Assembly: GCA_051418015.1 (NCBI GenBank)
Contig: JBPRGF010000033.1
Coordinates: forward strand, 394,698-458,697
Length of the DNA stretch: 64,000 bases
Source: Candidatus Nitrospinota bacterium M3_3B_026
GTDB taxonomy: Bacteria > Nitrospinota_A > UBA7883 > JBPRGF01
Reading direction: 5' to 3'
Positions 60,718-64,000 of the stretch are shown one piece after another; position 1 is the stretch's first letter, and each line of letters begins with the position of its first letter. The notes beneath the pieces were generated by a model. The model searched no databases. It had not been told where the DNA came from and saw only the letters and a program-made list of their open reading frames with translations. Both the position numbers and the translations under genes were made by a program.

Positions 60718-61155
60718 CTACATCTCCAGCGGAACAGGCTTCTGCGCGGCGTGAGGGTGCTCCGGCCCCGCGTAGACCTTGAGTTTCTTTATCACCTGGC
60801 GGCTGAGCCTGTTCTTCGGCAACATTCCTCTCACCGCGTTCACGACAATCCTCTCGGGATTTTTCGAAAGAAGCTCCCGGGCCGTTATGGACTTCAGGCT
60901 GCCTATGTAGCCGCTGTGCCTGTAATAGACCTTCTGGTCCAGCTTGGCGCCCGTCAGCTTCACTTTCTCCGCGTTGACCACCACGACAAAAGAGCCGGTG
61001 TCCACGTGCGGCGTGAACGTCGGCCGGTCCTTCCCCCGCAGGATATTCGCGACCTGAGCGGCCAGCCTCCCCAGGACCTTCCCCTCGGCGTCGACGATGA
61101 CCCACCGCCTGCCGTTCACCGGGAAATCCTTCGGCTTCGCCGAGTATGTCTTCAT
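60718..61155 (-). CDS. rplM: 50S ribosomal protein L13
   Basis: About 145 aa from MKTYSAK; L13 family ([19 protein letters not shown]). Confidence 0.93.
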   Translation of the reverse strand: MKTYSAKPKDFPVNGRRWVIVDAEGKVLGRLAAQVANILRGKDRPTFTPHVDTGSFVVVVNAEKVKLTGAKLDQKVYYRHSGYIGSLKSITARELLSKNPERIVVNAVRGMLPKNRLSRQVIKKLKVYAGPEHPHAAQKPVPLEM

Positions 61156-61307
61156 GCCTTTTTTCACGGAAACCTTTTCCTTTCGTCCCCTGACGAGACA
61201 ACAAAAAACGAATTAAAGATATTAATTATTCACAGACTTGTTGTCAACATGAATTTGCGCGCTTGTCCGAAAATGGCGTCCGCTGTCCGGCCTGGGCGGG
61301 GTTCCGC

Positions 61308-63140
61308 CTATCGCAGGTCGATAGTGAGAACACCGGACTTATCGCCCTCCAGCCCGTCGGCGTCCACCGCCGAGACGGCGAAGTCCTCCCTGTCGCCGGG
61401 CCCGAAACCGCTGAGGATATAAAAAGTCTCTCTCGTGGAGCCTGCCTGTTTCCACCCAAAAAAGCCTTTCGCGTGGATCAGGTACCGGGTGATGTCCACT
61501 TCCTTGTTCGGGTCCCATTTCAGAACCACGTTAGGGCCTTCCATTTCCCACCTCAGGCCGTGGACGGGGTCAGGTCTTTTCTTGGTCGTGGCAGAGACCA
61601 CCTCTGAAAACTCTCCCTCCATATTGAACTGGTCGACCGCCTGTATCTTGTAATAATAGGTCTTGTCGCTTTCCAGCCCCTCGTCCAGATAATAGTTTCT
61701 GTCCGCGGGGACCTCGCCTATCATCTTGAACTCGCCTATTTCGGACTCGGAGCGGAATATCCTGTACTTCACAAGGCCCTCTTCCGGGCTTTTTCTCCAA
61801 GTGACGGGAACCTGCTTCGGGCGGTTGCTCGTCGTCTCCACGTTCTCCGGGGCCATGGGCCGGGGCTTCGTCGTCGCGGAGACCGGCTCGCTCAGCTCAG
61901 AGCGCGACCCGGCCCAGTTGTAGGCCTGTATCTTGTAATAATAGACCGTGAAATTCTCCAGCCCCCCGCCGGAGCCGAAAATCCCGATGGTCTCCCCGTC
62001 AACGTAGGAGGTTTTATCCCTGCCCGAGATGTCGGCGATCTGTGCGTAGGGGCCCTTTTTCTCCTTCGCCCTGTATATAAGATAGCCGCGGACGTTCTCG
62101 TCCTCATGGGCCGTCCAGGACAGGGGGACATTACGCGGCCGCCAGCTGTCCGCCGTCAGCCCCTCCGGAGGGTCCGGCGGATGGGCCGTCGTGACGGGGA
62201 CCGGGCCGCTCTTCTCTCCTTCGTCCCCATACGGGCTCAGGGCGGATATGGCGTAGAAATACTTTACGGCGTCGTCCAGCTTCGGCGAGTTCGGGATTCC
62301 GCCGCCGTAGTCGTGATATTCGGTCTTGTCCCTGCCCTTGATCTCCTTGACGAGCTTGAAAGGCCCGCGGGGGGCGCGGCTCCTGTATATCCTGTAGCCG
62401 GAGACATCCCTGTCCTCGCCCGGTTTCCAGGTCAGCCGGACGGACCGTATCAGGCCGGACTCGCCCGCAAGGCCCTCCGGGGGCGACGGCGGTCCCATGG
62501 TGGTCACTTTCATGACCTTGGAAGGATCGCTCTCGACGTCGATGATGTTGACGGCCGTCACGCGGTAGTAATATATCCTGGAATCCTCCAGCGGATTGAA
62601 AACGGAGTGCTTGTCGATGTATTCCGTTTCACCGCGCTTTTTGTTTCCTATGACCCTGAAAGGCCCGTCCGCTGAATCCGCCCGGTATATCTTGTATTCC
62701 TTGACCTCGGGCTCCGGCGATTCGTTCCACGCCAGCCTGTTTTTGCGGTACCCGGCCGCGGAGCCGGTCAGGCCGGACGGGGGGGCGGCGGTTCTCCTGG
62801 CCTTGTCGCCCGGGGCGATGTTCCGCGCGCCTTGCAATATCCTGATGGAGGCCAACCCTCCATCCTGTTTCGCCAGGACCTCCACCACACCCGTCACCTC
62901 CTCGCGGCCGGGGCGCGCCTTGCCGGTCTTCTCGTCAACGGCCGGGCCCGTGTCCCGAACCACCACGAGCTTTTCCTTCTCGGCCACGCCGGCCCCCTCG
63001 AAAGTCTTCAAAACCCCCGTGGAGTCTTTCGCGTTGATCTGCAGGATGTAGCCCTTGCCGGAAGGGGCGGCGGACACATGGCCGGAAAACGCCGTTATAA
63101 ACAGGCAGAAGGCCAGAACAGCGGGCGCGGAGTTTCTCAT
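61308..63140 (-). CDS. secreted protein with five tandem fibronectin type III-like repeats
   Basis: 610 aa; signal peptide MRNSAPAVLAFCLFITAFSGHVSAA. About 95-aa repeats each end in a Y-[YF]-Y-[RAK]-[VI]-[TSQ]-A-[VLY]-[NSD] strand (YYYRVTAVN, YFYAISALS, YYYKIQAYN, YYYKIQAVD) and carry the conserved W of FN3 (LTWKPG, LSWTAH, VTWRKS). Confidence 0.65.
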   Translation of the reverse strand: MRNSAPAVLAFCLFITAFSGHVSAAPSGKGYILQINAKDSTGVLKTFEGAGVAEKEKLVVVRDTGPAVDEKTGKARPGREEVTGVVEVLAKQDGGLASIRILQGARNIAPGDKARRTAAPPSGLTGSAAGYRKNRLAWNESPEPEVKEYKIYRADSADGPFRVIGNKKRGETEYIDKHSVFNPLEDSRIYYYRVTAVNIIDVESDPSKVMKVTTMGPPSPPEGLAGESGLIRSVRLTWKPGEDRDVSGYRIYRSRAPRGPFKLVKEIKGRDKTEYHDYGGGIPNSPKLDDAVKYFYAISALSPYGDEGEKSGPVPVTTAHPPDPPEGLTADSWRPRNVPLSWTAHEDENVRGYLIYRAKEKKGPYAQIADISGRDKTSYVDGETIGIFGSGGGLENFTVYYYKIQAYNWAGSRSELSEPVSATTKPRPMAPENVETTSNRPKQVPVTWRKSPEEGLVKYRIFRSESEIGEFKMIGEVPADRNYYLDEGLESDKTYYYKIQAVDQFNMEGEFSEVVSATTKKRPDPVHGLRWEMEGPNVVLKWDPNKEVDITRYLIHAKGFFGWKQAGSTRETFYILSGFGPGDREDFAVSAVDADGLEGDKSGVLTIDLR

Positions 63141-63262
63141 CGCTCAGTTTTCAAGCGCCTGGATCATTATCACAAAAACCTTCAGCGGAAGTTCAAGCCG
63201 AAACACCGCCCGGTGGCGCCGTGGGCGGTGGAGTTTCCATTATAATCGAACCAGGGCGCGCC

Positions 63263-64000
63263 CTACACTACCACGTTGACCAGCCTGCCGGGGACAACTA
63301 TGACCTTTCTCACTTCCTTCCCCATTATCCGCTCCGCCACCTTCGGCTGCTCCAGGGCGAGTTTTTCAAGCTCTTCTTTTGAGGCGTCCGCGGGAACGGT
63401 CATCTTCGCGCGCAGTTTGCCGTTCACCTGCACGACGACCAGCGCCTCCTCCTCCACGAGGCAGGCTTCGTCCGCCACGGGCCATGGCTGGTCCATCGCA
63501 AGCCCCTCCGCCCCGGCCATCTCCCAAAGCTCGCTCGCAAGATGCGGCGCGAAGGGCGACAAAAGCAGGGCCAGCGTCTGGACCGCCTCTCGGAGAGCGG
63601 CCGCCGCATATCCCTCGTCCTTCCACTCCACGGCGTTGAGAGTGTTCACGAACTCCATGATCGCCGCTATGGCGGTGTTGAACTGGAACCTGTCGAAATC
63701 CCTGGAGACCCTGTCTATGGTCTTGCTCGTGGCCCTCCTGACATCGGCCAGCTTCTTCGGAAGATCGGAAAGCGCTGGAGGCTGGCGGTCCGCCTTCCGC
63801 AAAAGCTCAAGATTACCCGTGACGAGCCTGTGAACGCGGTTCAGGAAACGCGACGCGCCCTCCATCCCCGTATCCTCCCATTCCAGGTCACGCTCCGGCG
63901 GGGCGGCGAAAAGGATAAAAAGCCTTGTGGCGTCGGCTCCGTATCGCTCCGCCATCTCGTCGAGGGGGACGACGTTGCCTTTCGATTTGCTCATCTTCGC
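63263..64000 (-). CDS. leuS: leucine--tRNA ligase, C-terminal part (gene continues past the window end)
   Basis: KMSKSKGN class-I motif and LeuS C-terminal anticodon-binding region (VQVNGKLRAKMTVPADASKEELEKLAL); the ORF is open at 64000. Confidence 0.88.
   Translation of the reverse strand, partial: AKMSKSKGNVVPLDEMAERYGADATRLFILFAAPPERDLEWEDTGMEGASRFLNRVHRLVTGNLELLRKADRQPPALSDLPKKLADVRRATSKTIDRVSRDFDRFQFNTAIAAIMEFVNTLNAVEWKDEGYAAAALREAVQTLALLLSPFAPHLASELWEMAGAEGLAMDQPWPVADEACLVEEEALVVVQVNGKLRAKMTVPADASKEELEKLALEQPKVAERIMGKEVRKVIVVPGRLVNVVV

Overview
This 64-kb window comes from a high-GC (roughly 63-65% GC) Gram-negative bacterial chromosome. Nearly all of it is coding, and most of that is core metabolism and translation. 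Gene content and order (flhF/flhG/fliA, a candidate sigma-54 motor promoter, a roughly 750-aa mitochondrial-type aconitase, tandem SurA-like PPIases ahead of mfd) look deltaproteobacterium-like, but lineage cannot be settled from sequence alone. The core genes are accB-accC, gpmI, asd, leuB, hisD-hisC, glgC, nifS, mfd, the rpsB-tsf-pyrH-frr-uppS-cdsA-dxr block, argC-argJ, rpsI-rplM and a partial leuS. A roughly 14-kb minus-strand flagellar export and motor operon runs motA-motB-motB'-fliL-fliM-fliN-fliO-fliP-fliQ-fliR-flhB-flhA-flhF-flhG-fliA. The accessory-looking parts are: (1) a tRNA-Arg(CCT) with a frameshifted tyrosine-recombinase remnant next to it and an MCP with an atypical C-terminal domain; (2) a CheW with a CZB zinc-binding module inserted inside the CheW fold; (3) exported MsrB (Tat) and MsrA (Sec); (4) a GAF/HD-GYP phosphodiesterase; (5) a secreted protein with five FN3-like repeats; (6) a 330-bp AT-rich divergent promoter island. 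I saw no CRISPR array, rRNA, intact mobile element or recognisable defense system. Nothing in the window looks like a complete novel system.
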